Shown in pieces: positions 1 through 13,343 of a DNA stretch of 64,000 nucleotides. The stretch lies in the NCBI GenBank assembly GCA_964057225.1, contig OZ059899.1, positions 16,244,001 to 16,308,000 of the forward strand, written 5' to 3'. A model generated the notes under the pieces. The model saw nothing but the letters and a program-made list of their open reading frames with translations, did no database searches and was not told where the DNA came from. The stretch's first letter is position 1, and the number at the start of each line of letters is the position of its first letter. Both the position numbers and the translations under genes were made by a program. The stretch is from Auanema rhodensis (lineage: Eukaryota; Animalia; Nematoda).

Positions 1-900
1 CTGTGATGGCAATGTTGGTGAAATATTATCTTAAATTTAAAATTGATTATATAATATCTTCGTATAAGCAATTATACCTATCGGTCTATACGATTGTCTT
101 CGTTTCCCCAAATAATCAGAAGGATCGCGTAGTGGAGTGCTGGAATATATTAAGAATGTAAAATTTTAAAATAGAACCGATAACATAAATATGGAATTAT
201 GTTGTTGTCAGTTTTTTATGTAATGAAAAAAGTTTAGTACCTAACTACATCTGTAGGTAAAGGCTGATGTGTGTATAACCTCTCTGATTCATGCAATTTT
301 TCATCCTCTTGGCCAATGGTATAAACTTCAGCATGCCCATGTTTTGTACTTATATAAGAGTGTCTTCGTTGACTTTGAGCTGATTTCGATCTGTACCCTG
401 AATGTCTACGACTACTGGTTATTGAGTTCGATCGAGAAGGCAAGGGAGTCCACTGATCTAAACGTCACATATTTCCAACCTTATTTTAGTTGGCAGTTTG
501 AATAAATAATTACCGCCACATATCTTTTCCGTTCCGCAAAGGAGGTCATCTAATGAACTTCCCCAACTACTATATGGCGATGCTAAATTTGATTGATTTA
601 ATAAAACAAAAAAAATCAGAACGTACTTGCTTTATTTAAATGTGACTGTCGTGTTCCCATATATGTGTATAAATATGCCAAGACAGCTATGCTTCCAGAT
701 GACTTCTTGATCTCATGTGTCCATGACAACTCATGAATTTTGTCTACCTTATTGAGAAATGAATGAAGAAAGTCTTTTCTGTCTCTTGGAATAAGAAATT
801 ATAGTTTATCATATTCAGAAGAAACATCGACTTGTTCAAAAAATATGATTTATTATCTAAATCTAAAAATAATATGATTATCCTTATTTTATCGTCTTGA
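1..900 (-). CDS. Uncharacterised spliced gene, runs off the window start; 5' end uncertain
   Basis: Minus-strand open segments (…DFLHSFLNKVDKIHELSWTHEIK…; …SRRHSGYRSKSAQSQRRHSY…) separated by short GT..AG introns. No family recognised. Confidence 0.4.
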
Positions 901-1376
901 AGTATGAGTCAGTTCTAGTATGGTGTGTCAACTTTATATCAACCTTTGTGTATTCGCATACAAGAGATAGTTATAACTTTTTTAATTTCCATGTTGTGTG
1001 TATAGTTTGAATAAAATTGTTACATGAGCAAGAGCAATACGAAGCTAGTGTTATCAATTTTGATTCAGCATAACAAGGAAACATATGAAATACAAACTTT
1101 TATTGAGAAGACGTTAGAATCCAAGTCTAACTTTCACGTGGCCGGCACGTCATCTCCTTTTTCTCTCCAGGGGGAACAACTGTGCAATGGAAACAACGAA
1201 TGGAATAAAAATGCCTAGCATGAAATACGAATGCAGAACTCATGGATCGTAAACAGTTTTAGCTATACTGCGAACTTGAAAGCTGGTAAAATTGATAATT
1301 GAAAAATGAGAGCAACCGTACTTCCGTAATTAATTGCCAACTATATTTACATGTAATTTATACAAAAAAATTTAAG

Positions 1377-2147
1377 TTAATGTTGCTCGCTGTGTAAGAA
1401 CTTGATAAAGGCAGAATAAGCTCCATCCAATTCAAAAATCATTTGTCTTGCTTCTTCATCAGTAATTTCATCAGAAGCATTCATATTAGACAAATGATCA
1501 TGCCTTAAATAATAAATATAATATCATATTGCATCACCAAATTTTCTTGATTGCATACCATTTTTTAATTTTAACACGGCCATCAAAATTATCAGGAAGC
1601 CTAGACATAGCATTTATGGAAGTGTATAACTCGTTTAGATTAGGGAATAATTCATCGACTGCTCTTACATTCAACTTAAGTTGATCGAAGAAAGTAATGA
1701 ACACCTAAACAAATATATGCTAAAACTATTAGAAAGTATTGCCATACCTCAACAATATTTGCAATATTCTTCAACAAGTTGCCCTTGTCATCTCGTACAG
1801 TTATTGGTCTTCCTTCTCTAATTCGTTCTAAAGCAGCAGGACAATGAAGACAGTACTTGGAAGCAAAAGCTTCCACATCCGTACCACGAACTAATCGCAT
1901 GGCAACCTAATTCGAGAACATCCAATTATGTGGATACGTGCTTTAGAAAAGTTACCTTGTATTGATCAAGAAGTTTAAAACATTCTGCCTGATATTCATC
2001 AGCAGTAACATGATCGCGACTAAACATTTTTTCTAAGCACTCTAATGCATTCAATACAGCAAAAAGTTCGCCCATGTTTTCCATTTGTTCGCGTTCACTG
2101 TGATTTTCATAAAGGCGAACTTCGCGCATTAACTGATTTCCAGACAT
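1377..2147 (-). CDS. vps-28: ESCRT-I subunit VPS28 (multi-exon)
   Basis: EVRLYENHSEREQMENMGELFAVLNALECLEK, CPAALERIREGRPITVRDDKGN and the C-terminal QMIFELDGAYSAF are characteristic VPS28 motifs. Confidence 0.95.
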
Positions 2148-2359
2148 TCTGCAATATTACTGTCATAAAACGATTTACTTTAAAACAAACTCAGAAGCAT
2201 AAAACAATGAGAAAGATTATTCACACTTAGAAAGCATAGGAACAAAACTATTCAAAATACGTCAATGATGCATGCTGGCGCATATTCTCGACATAAATGC
2301 ATACAATCGAACTAACGACCTTTTAAATGCAAAAATTTCTAGCTAACATACATTTATTC

Positions 2360-2361
2360 AC

Positions 2362-2394
<33 letters not shown>
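2360..2394. repeat. (TA)n microsatellite
   Basis: Direct read: catatatata tatatatata tatgtatata tata. Confidence 0.9.
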
Positions 2395-2441
2395 AGGATC
2401 TTATGTCACATCAAATATAGTCCACATACATATACTAAATA

Positions 2442-4592
2442 TTACAATACTCCAGCGGTTTCATTTGTAGGCGGCTTAGGTTTAACTGCTCCTTTAACGC
2501 GACGCGCACTATCCTTAGGCATTTGCGGATTGGTCCCTGTGTTAAGTTGAACCCTTGATTCACTAGTCCTACCTACAGGAACAAGTGAATTACTTCTACT
2601 TCTTTTACTTCGCTGAGATGTCAAACCATGGGTGTAAGCATTGGTAACCCTAGAACTTGTATTAGTTTCAAATTGTTGAAAATGTGTACATACTTAGTGA
2701 AATGATTAGGATTTCTCTTAGGACTGGTTAATGTTTTGGGTTTGCTCAGACGATCCACTAACTGTGCAACATCAATTCGACTCTTACGTGTAGATGCTAC
2801 CTAAACAAATGTTTATGAGGTGCTAAAACTGAGGAAATTACGTCTTTCGCAGCAGAGGGGGGAAGATTGTTAATAGGTTTGCGTGAAGGTGTATCCTTTC
2901 TACTTAAAGATGGAGCTCTTCTTAAGAAGGCAGGAGTGTCAGGGATGGTGACCACACGACGAGGCGTAGAGCCCTGTAACTAGATTATTAATAGATAAAT
3001 AGAGCCCTAGTTTACTGTTGGGGCAGGATAATTTCTAAATCCGGGTGATCCAGCAGCGGAGCGACGAGCTGATACCACATTCTTAAATTAATGTTTATGA
3101 GATAATAAAAAAATAAGTGACTAACTCTTCGAATAGCTGAACCAAATGCGACCTTAGACTGAGCAGTAGGAGCAATAGGAGTACGACGCATTGGAGAACG
3201 GGCTACTACCACAGGTGATTTAGCAACTGGCTTGAGTGAACTAGATCTTCTTACAGTTGATGGTCGGCGTTCAAACTTTTGAGATGATACCGGCACTGGA
3301 GGTTTTTTAACCTGTAAAAGACAATGATAATGATTAAGTTATAAATAATCTACTAACAGGTTGAGCAATAGGGGCTTCCTTGGCAGCAAAAACTTTGCTA
3401 ACAGGGGTTGAGGATAATCTAGGAGCAATAGCACTCCGTTGATGAATTCCTTTTCTGAATTCATGTTCCGTTGGCAGTGGTGCTAACCCTATAAAAATGT
3501 AAAATCCATACTAAGCTAGTCTCTTACGTTTAGGTAAATGATTAGCGACAACAACAGGAGCGGCCCTGGGCTTTGGTTTACTGATCACCAATTTTGACAT
3601 TTTATCACTAAGTCTCTTAAACAAATTGTGAATTAAAGTTATGCGCAAAAAAACGTACATGTGCAGAAGCGGTCGTTGTTTCTTTCGATTGACGAGCGCG
3701 AGCTCTTGTTACCGGACCGGTGAGAGATGTTCTGAAGCATGAGTTACATGCTTAAACAATATAAAACCTAACCGTCCTGGGAGAGGATCCACAGCAGGAA
3801 CAGAAGATTTTTGGCGAATTGGATCAGCTGATCCAGCTCTTCTATTGCGGAGCATATCGTTACTAATAATGAAAAGGTATCGATAATCTTAAGATAAAGC
3901 ATTACCTCGATGATCTTGAAATTGAACTCTGATTTTTAGGCATAGGTGTATCTAAATATTAGATGAATTGAAACACGAAATTATTTGAGTTACCCTTATT
4001 CGGAACACCAGAAGGTACAGGTCGCACGGGTGGTGCAATTACAGGGGTAGGCACAGGAGCTGAAGCCGAACATTCAGATAAAAAGCTTGAAAATTAATTA
4101 ACCTTTTCGTCCGGAATCTTTAGAGTTTTCCATTTCCTTACGTAACTGGGATCTTCTCTTAACCTGGGGCCTGTTACCGAACATAGCTAATCTTCCCAGA
4201 TTCTCTATACGATAGTTTTACTCAAATTTCATATAGGACCAAAACCTAATTCACTACCATCGGCAGTGTTATCAGTCGTATTTTGACAAATGGAATTTTC
4301 AACATCAAGCTTAATTACAACAGGATCAGGTAACTGTTTAACTTCTGGCAGTTTTTCCTCCGTTAGTATATTGTTCTGTAAATTTGTTAATGGTGTTTTG
4401 CTTGGAGTTTTAAGTTCTGTGCTTTCATCTAATTGTTTTGCTTCGTCCTCAGTTCTCATGGCTAAAATATAAGTCAACAATAAAAGCAAATTCTCACATA
4501 CCGAAAAAATCTGTAGATTCATCCAAACGATCACCTAATCCGCCAATGGCATAAGAAGGGGCACAAACATCATCAAATACTTCGAGATCCAT
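2442..4592 (-). CDS. Uncharacterised multi-exon protein: acidic N-terminus, long basic Pro/Ser/Arg-rich C-terminus (composition like microtubule-associated proteins)
   Basis: ATG at 4592 (MDLEVFDDVCAPS), about 12 short exons with GT/AG ends, many SP/TP sites, a VDRLSKPK motif, stop at 2442. Function is inferred from composition only. Confidence 0.65.
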
Positions 4593-4818
4593 TGTGCTAG
4601 CTGTAATCTGAATACAATTTGTTTTTGATGAACAAAACTCTATTGAACGACAATAATGAAGTTAAATAATAAACAATAGATTTGAAAACGAATCTTGAAT
4701 AAAAAATATTAATTAACTGAATACACTTACACTTACTATAAAATTACGCCAAATCCGAAGAAGCCAACCGGTCCCTCATGATAGGGGAACGGCAATACAA
4801 ATATCGTCAAGAATTTTC

Positions 4819-4837
4819 TTTCGCGCCAAATTTTGAA
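4819..4837. promoter_or_regulatory. E2F site plus CHR-like element (DREAM/DRM-type motif)
   Basis: TTTCGCGCCAAA followed by TTTGAA, about 230 bp upstream of the ATG at 4592. Confidence 0.5.
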
Positions 4838-5508
4838 TTTCGAAGGCCGCCAGCCTCTAGGATATTTCTGTCATGGCAGTGTGCCGTTTTCTGTGTGGTT
4901 GTATAAGTAAAAACATATATTTTTAAAAGGTTTTTATTAAAAATTGCTCACTTTGCAAACTATGTTGTTTCGTCTATGATACAACATGGTACGACATAAT
5001 GCATATACAAGATATTCATATTATATTTATCTAATGGACATAGCATTAGATCGTTAGCATATGAACAGTTAAAGCTAAGAACATAGCTAAGCTAAATAGC
5101 ATCAGAGTCCAACGACGATAGATAAAATTTCAAGAAGCTATAAAATATTATTTTACAACTAGAAAACACCAGATCAGCTAAAAAATTAAGGAAAATAAAA
5201 ATAGGGTAAGACATTATATGCGACTCAAACTGATCAACATAGCTGTATAAAACATGAATAAACAACGCAACTGCTTAAATTAGAATAGTTGATTAGTTTA
5301 AATTAAGAAAAAATAATACAGAATAATACAAAATCGCACTGGTAAAAACACAACCAGTAAAAATACCACAAAGAAACTGTTTTGTACGAAGCACTTAGTA
5401 ATCGATTACTAGAAGAATCACAGAAGATATGTTCTCCTTAGAGAAATAAGAGAGAAATGGAAATAAAAAAGGAACAGTTTTCTTACGTGAGAGATTAATA
5501 GTTACTTT

Positions 5509-8019
5509 CTATTTAGGGAACATGTTTCCAAATGTTCCAGGTTGCAGATTGGCTGAAATGACAGTTTTAGTATACGTTATTCAGTCAAGATAATAAATTA
5601 CAATAATAAAAATGTAGTACCATAATTATTAATATACTTACCGTGCAAAGCTGCGTACTGAGCTAACTGATCAGGAGGTAACGGAGGCACATTTGGTGCA
5701 GGATATCCTCTACCCATTGTTAAGTGAAACATTTGCATTGCTTGTGCTGTTAACGGTGATTGCATTAAATGATGACCTGGAGAAGTATTGTCATAATGAT
5801 TATAAGTCTTTAAGTATTACTTGAATGAGGTCCACCCATAGATAGCGAATAAGGCGACCTATGTTGAGCAGGGGATGCCATTGGTTTTGGTGCTAACGAA
5901 GAGTTGGATCCACTAGGCTCTAAAAACCATTATAACAGTTACTTTATAATGGAAACAGCATTATGTACCTTCTTGTTTTAATTGATGTATTTTATGTTCC
6001 TGCTGATGCATTCTGGAAGGTGTTTGAAAAGGATTTGTGGATGAAATAGGCGAAGAGAAAATGCCATTCGAAGATAACGGATTGACTTAAACATGAGGAT
6101 AATAATAAATAAACACTACAAAATGTGGTACCTCTACTCGCTCCCATTAATGAACTAACAGATGAATGAATTTGAGATTCCAAAACGGGATTGCCTGAAT
6201 AAAGGATAATAAAAACCGTGAAAATTAGTATTCAATATACCTTGCAACGGATTGACAGTTGCAACTCCACTTGATTGGGATGGCTCAGTTTTTTCTGTAA
6301 TTCTCCATATTAAATGGTAACAGCTCTTGAACAAACACACCTATGCCACTACTTGATTGTTTATGGCTATCAGATTGGGCATCATCTTTTGCTCGTATTG
6401 CAGAGGAGTCATCAGGTTCTGATATATCAGAAAAGGGTGATACAGTTCGCTTTGAAGTTTCTTCTTTGATCTCGGCCTTAGCACTTGAAGTACTTGCCTA
6501 GATACCAAAAAGTAAAAAAGAATAATTAAAAAGACAGACCATAAATAATTGTTTCATGCTATCTTTTTGTAAATCGGTGAGATCGTCGATAATTGGATCA
6601 GTTTCAGTGCCAACACTTGCTCTCCGTAATGAGGAAATTTCAGTTTGGCTACATATCGATTCTCTCATAACCTTCAAAATTATGATATTATGCTAATAAA
6701 ACATTATACTTACGGCTTTCACTTTGTGCACTATGTTGACATGATAATCCATTTCCACACCTTTTTCAAAACGATAAAAACAACCTTCATACGGACATTC
6801 ATGTAATGACTTACTGTAATAATAAATACAGATATAATAAGAAAAAACAAAACTCATACACTTCCGCAACTTCTGTCAGAGTGACCGAGCCTGTACCACT
6901 AGCTGGACGACTATCATTAGCAACATCCAGTTCCTCATCAACATCTTCATTACTATCTGAAAAATCTAATATGTACAGCATGTTTTATGTCTTACACACT
7001 ATTATTTTCAGCAGCAGGGCGTGCAGAACGACGACGAACATCATTCTGGAAATTACGACCTAGTCTCTTTTTTGAGGGTGTACATTGATTTCCAGATTTA
7101 TCACCATCTCCAGTGTTCGCGAAATTAGCTCCATTCTGATTTCGTAAAACACTAAAACAATTAACATTTATCAAAAAAAATCTAAAAGATAATACCTTTT
7201 CTTCATCAAATTTTGAAATCCAGGAGGGACGCCGTCCGTAAGAACACCGGAAAGTTCTTGGTCTTTCCATTTAGTAGTAACATAAAGAGTATTCGCACCT
7301 TCTGTCATTTTCGTACATTATAAATAAAATCCCAAGAAATAACTAACCTAAACGACAAACGACCGTCATTTGAACCGTAAATGAAGATCCTGGCTCCATA
7401 TCGAACGGGCATTCATCGCCCTCGTTTTGAACTGCACGAGATTGGACACAAGTAGACTTATCATGTTTAGTAACCGTAGAAGGGGGAGGAGTAGTTTTCT
7501 AATAAAAAATATTAAACTTCTATCAAAAAAAATTAACATACAACACGCATTTTTTTCTGAGAGGGACCGTCTTGCTTTTGGGGAGTAGTAGGACGCTTTT
7601 CCCGCTTAGAAGAATCGCCAGAGCTCCTTGAAAAAAATAATTTCTAAATTCTTCTAAAATTTCTTACTTTGTTTTTTCGGAATCGTGTTGAGCGTTATCC
7701 ATTTCTTCATCTACAAGCTCGCCTTCTTCTCGCGATGCATCAAAAACGACATTAGTATTTTCTGTTCCTAAAGTATTCCAAATTTAGATTAATTTTTGAA
7801 CTAATTAAATGAATTGAATATTTTTTTTTAAATTTTCATTAAAAAAAAACAATAGAAATTATTTCAATGAACTTGGTACACCTCCCGGTAATAAATTCGT
7901 ATGTCATGTATTTAATTATTACCTGCAGTTGCATTATTAATATCATTTTCACCTTCATTTATGGAAATATCATTATTATCATCAATCAGAAGTCTATCGT
8001 CGTCACAATCAGACAGCAT
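5509..8019 (-). CDS. Scribbler/Brakeless (ZNF608/609)-like single-C2H2 nuclear protein; possible pqn-21 orthologue
   Basis: Spliced translation gives MEPGSSFTVQMTVVCRLGANTLYVTTKWKDQELSGVLTDG (resembles the ZNF608 'EPGTSV…LVVNVTWRNKTYVGTLLD' block) and the finger CPYEGCFYRFEKGVEMDYHVNIVH, with a Pro/Gln-rich tail. Confidence 0.65.
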
Positions 8020-8448
8020 TCCAAAATCTTTTTACCCAGGATGGCAAGGCCGACGGCCTGCAACAAGGATATTTGTACTTTATAAATAGAATAATAAGCT
8101 AGAAACAGCAAGATACAAATAATTTCCAAGTTTTTAAAACTTAGAAAATGATCGGAAATAACTTTTAAAAATTCAAAATTTAACCAAAGAAATAAATAAC
8201 AATCAAATATGACGTGACGCTAATAAGTAAAGGACTACTTTTTCGTGTTAGGATTTTTTATAGCCAGAAAGCGCGCTAAATATATGCTTCTATATCTTTG
8301 AATTATTTTGATTTTTGAGCTGACTGTTCTGATAATAACTGAGCTTCCAACGTACAGATTTGTATTGAAGCAATATTTGTAAAATATTTTTTCAGTAGCA
8401 TTTTTTTGTAAAATTAATTTTTGCTAAATAAGCTTTACAGGTTGATGA

Positions 8449-10429
8449 ATGGCTGGGAGAAAGAAACGGAAAAATAACTTGAAAACTAAGAAAACTAAAT
8501 CAAATCAGAAAAGTATCGACAAAGCTAATAACAGGTGAAATTTTCTAAAATAAAGTGCCAAAGGATTCACGAATTCTGTAGTTTGTTCGATCGATCATTT
8601 TTTATTTTCAGTAACATTGATGACATTTCCGTTATTACGACAGCTTACCGCTTAAGGAGCACATCCATTGACAGTGCTAAGGCATCTTTCTCTCAAAAGC
8701 TTGAACAGCCAGACGTAAAGGAGCTTTCAGCCCCATCTACTTCTTCAGAAAGAAAAAGGCGTTATACCATAAGCACAGTATGTATTGTGCTTTGATATTT
8801 ATTATGTTATGCTCTAGGATTCTGTGGACTTACTTGAAGTACAAGAAGCCAAGAGACGTCAACCCGAACACGATAAAACAATGAATCCTAGATTCGACTC
8901 AATTGAAGAAGAAGATGATTATGATGTTGCTTTACTTATTAATCAAATTATACAATTAATTAATTACAGAGGTCAAGTGTGCAAGAAGATGTTCAACGAA
9001 GTTTTACTGACTTTTCTGATGAGAATGGTTTTTCAGTATTTTTACAGAAGTAATTTTTTATTTAATCAGATGATTGTGTGGAAAATCCGGATTTTGTACG
9101 TGTTGAGTCTGCACTCAATGACGAAAAAAATATGAATGCGCCTGTGCCCCCTCACCTTACCGACTCAGCATGTCGGGGAATGGGTACCCCGGAAAAGGTT
9201 AGTTATATGCTAAAGCTGTTATATTAAATATTGTCTAAGGTTTGGAATTTAATGGTTCAAAAGGATGTAGTGGTACGACCTCAAAGATTGGTTCTTAACA
9301 ACCTAATTTCGCCTTCAATGCGCGCCGTTCTTGTCGACTGGATGATGGAGGTTCAACTTTATGTTATTTTTATTATTTATCAGTTTGTTTTAGTTATGTG
9401 AAAATGAGAAACAACATAGAGAAACTTTTCATCTCTCCGTTGATTATTTAGACAAATTTCTCGCAGTTCATTCTGATCTACACTTGCATCAGCTTCAATG
9501 TATTGGAACTACTGCTATCTTTATTGCCTCAAAATATGAAGTATGTTTGGTTATTTTCCAGTTAGTTATACTTTATTTTTAGGAAATTTATCCTCCTAAA
9601 ATAGAAAGTTTTGTGGAATATACTGCCGGTGCTTGTGATGAGAACCAAGTGAGGACGGCTGAACTTCTTATGCTCTGTACCTTAAGCTGGAATTTATCAT
9701 CATTAACCGCTATTCATTGGTTAAATATTTATATGCAATTATTAGGAAATAAGCAAGTGAGTTTTGGATATCGCTTTGTGTTCGACCATATCATTTTTAA
9801 GTTTGATCGTGATGCTGATAAGCATATATCAGAAAAACCGTTCACTGTTCCCGCGTATCTTAGAGAAGAATATATGCACATGGCTAGGGTAGATAGCAAT
9901 ATGAGTTCTTAAATCAGTTTTTATCTTTCCAGGTGTTAGATATTGCAGTTCTTGATGTCGATGTGCACAACTTTTCCTATAGGGAACTTGCAGCTGCAGT
10001 ACTTTTTGCCTGTTATGAGCCACATAACTTAGTTAGCACAGTGACAGGTACATTTTTGACTGATTTTATGAGAAAGGTTTGCTTTTATAGGGTACACATA
10101 TGAAGCCTTGCTTCCTGTTGTTGAGTGGATAGAGCCATGTGTTCGATTTTGCGAAAAAAGGAGAATTGCAGGGGATCCATTACCAGCCCGAGAAAATGTG
10201 CGCTCTGAAGAATGGCACAATATCCAGACCCATTATTGCGATGTCTCCGGAGATGAAACATTCGTAATTAAACTATTAGTTACTTTAGGCATCAATCTGT
10301 ATTTTTCAGCGTGAAATTAGAGAACAACGTGCCATGCAGAAAAAACGAGTCGAAGGCGAGAAGTGCCGCATTCTCAGTCATCGATCTGCACCTTTACGAC
10401 CCCGCTGTCGGAATGAGCCAATATCATAG
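8449..10429 (+). CDS. cye-1: G1/S cyclin E (multi-exon)
   Basis: Starts MAGRK; cyclin box MRAVLVDWMME…HRETFHLSVDYLDKFL, FIASKYEEIYPPK, WLNIYMQ and HNIQTH are cyclin E motifs. Confidence 0.93.
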
Positions 10430-10665
10430 AATATAAACTAACCTGCTTTTCTTTCACTTATGAGCCGGTACATTAATACTTTCTTTCACTTAACAGGTTA
10501 TTAATAATGATACGGTATACATTGTTTTATTATTTTTTCCATACTACCATTCCGAGTCCGTATTTCTTTTGTCGGGTAGTAGGAGTGAACTACCTTGTAA
10601 ATTTTTAGTCCTTATTGTGAATATCTTTCGTATCAATGAATCTAATGACTGTGAATGTTTATTTT

Positions 10666-11549
10666 CTAATTTAATTTAAATTCATAAACGTTTGCTACAT
10701 TGAATCCATAATGTTCCTTGATCACATAAGCTGGAAGCGCATATTGGGCTAATAAGATCTTCTTGAACTCAGGGTATCTTAAAAGAGAACCTAATCAAAG
10801 CTCCATTGTAATTCTAATACCGTGCCATATATTTTGAATCTACTAATGGGTGTCTATCTGGATCACCAACAAGTATAATAATATCTCTGTCATTCTGCAG
10901 CCTAATTTATTCTGTACTTAAACTATTAATAAAACGTTCAGCTAACCTTTTCAGAAAAGCAAAAATTTTCTCAGCAAAATTTGAATCATAAAACATGTCC
11001 CCTAATACAACATAACATTTACCCTGAACATTATAAAACATGGTCTTGCATTTCTGTTTGAAACAACCTGTATCCTCTCAAGAAGTTCATCATGATTACT
11101 AGGGTCTAAGAAATTCTTTGTTTCATAACTAACGTTCTTATCAGAAATTCTGTTCAACTTAAAATTTAAAGCGGTTGCCAAGAGAGCATCTGTGAACAAG
11201 ATGTTTTGTATTAGTCGAAGATACAATTACTTGAATCAATGTCATTGGCAATCACAGAATTGCAGCCAACCAAAGTGCCAGCTATGCTTATAGAACCACA
11301 ACCCACACCAAAATCAAAGATAGTCTGATTTTGAAATCTGCTTCCATTATCTAGTATATATTTAGTCATGCCTTGCCCTCCCGGCCAATAAAACGCCCAA
11401 TACGGATCGGGAAAAGGACACTTATCCGGTGTACACATCCATAGAGGTGTTTGCTCCGTTATTAAACGCAGCTTAATAGAAGGAGTCAGACTAGCATTTG
11501 AAATTACAGTATTAGATAAAATCCACTTTGTAGCTTGTCGAATTTTCAT
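10666..11549 (-). CDS. ETF-beta lysine methyltransferase (METTL20/ETFBKMT-like)
   Basis: PFPDPYWAFYWPGGQG, SAM motif DFGVGCG, GDMFYD and LVGDPDR. Confidence 0.88.
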
Positions 11550-11678
11550 TCTATTAACATAATTAGATTTGCCGTTTCACTTGATAAAAATATTCAGTGT
11601 AGACTATAAAAAAAAAAAAAAAAGAATCATATCATTTCTTTATCGGTATCGATAAAAGAATAACAACAATAACGAAAC

Positions 11679-12113
11679 TTAGTCAAAGAGACCGAATCCC
11701 ATATCGTCGTCAGACTCTTCCTTAGGTTCCTCCTTCTTGGCGGCAGCTAAAGTCGTTGACTACTTTTAATATAAGAGAAAATACTAACCAGGAGCTGCGG
11801 CAGCAGCGGCTCCTCCAGCTGGAGCGGCAGCAGCTGATGGTCCAGCAGATGGGACAGTAGCAATCTTTTTCTTTCCCTCCTCGATGACTTCAGAAATTGT
11901 CTTTCCGTTAAGAGCGCTGACAACTTGGCTGGCATTGTCCATATCACAGTCAAGACCTCCAGCTCCTATAAGAAATTATAATACTTAAACCTATACATAT
12001 AACCAAAATATGTTGAAAAATTATCACAAACCAAGGATGTTGAGGATATCCTGAGCGGATGGAGAGGCGTTGCCTCCGAGGTTAGCCAACAAGTATGCTC
12101 CCAAGTACTTCAT
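11679..12113 (-). CDS. RPLP2: 60S acidic ribosomal protein P2
   Basis: MKYLGAYLLANLGGNASPSA…, Ala-rich hinge, C-terminal EESDDDMGFGLFD; two introns. Confidence 0.97.
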
Positions 12114-13343
12114 TACTATAAAAATTGATAATAGAAAAAAATTGAAATTCAACAAATCACACAACTCAGGAATGGTTAAAATGCATATATATTAGAAAAA
12201 AAAGATTTTTTAACAGTTTTTAAGATAAAACAGAACAAAATTTGAAATTTTAGAATATAGTTACCTTAAAATAAGTAAACATGGATATAAAAAGAGCAAA
12301 AATAAAAAAATAAGTTGATTACAATACAAATATTTTAGGAGTGACAATATTTTACTACATTCTATCCACTTTACAGAACGAACAACAGGGAATTCTTGTC
12401 GAGACCTTTTAGAGCTTGTAAAGCTTGGTAGTTTAAACTTATTGAAGAGCTTGAGAACGCGAATTCAAAATTTCAATTATACGTATATATTCTATTCTTC
12501 GGTTTTTTTTCAAGGTGTTTTATATATTGCTAGTTTGGAGAATTATGACGCTATCAAAACAATGCAGACCTTCTATTATCGAATATAGACATCGACAATA
12601 CATTATTCTGTATTGTGTGAAACATATTGTTAAAATTTGATGATTCTGATAAAATGCCATTCTTTTTTAAGCTAAGTAAAAGTATTAAAACCCCCAGGTA
12701 ACTTAATTGTTACGGTAGGTATCACGAGTTCAAGGGATCAATCGTGACCGCTTCGCGTCATTGACGCGTCGCGTATATGTGAGACGACGCGGGCGGTTCC
12801 AGGTTTCCGAAGAGTTATTTTGCTTCTTCTAATTAGCGTTTTGATAAAATTGAAATTTCTATTTCCATCCAAAAATCAGCTTCAGCTTCTCTACTTCTCT
12901 TCAGCATGATTTCCCAGTTAATTGTCGGAATATACTGTTTCTTGTTTCGGCGTGGTTTACATTGGTATTACTTCAGATAGCCATGTAATCGTTTTATTTA
13001 AATGGATTCGAAGGAATCTCCCATACTTCCGACTGATATAAATCATCAAATATTTTCAAATATTTACAAATTTATTTTATATTCTCTAAAGAGCTATATA
13101 AGTTCTGGACGACTCATTTTCTAATTACTGAATCCTAATTAACTTTTCAAATCAAATACATAGACAGACAGCACCAGTTCATTGCACCATTTTAAAGAAA
13201 TTTTTTTTCTATGAAATATAAATGTTTCATGAAATAAATATAGCGACTTTTTGTTAATTTTCTTAAGCAGTTTATATGTTTGTTTTGAGTTATTCTTCAT
13301 TCGTTGCTTAAGGTAGCACTTAGCGGACACTGGATGTTCGTTG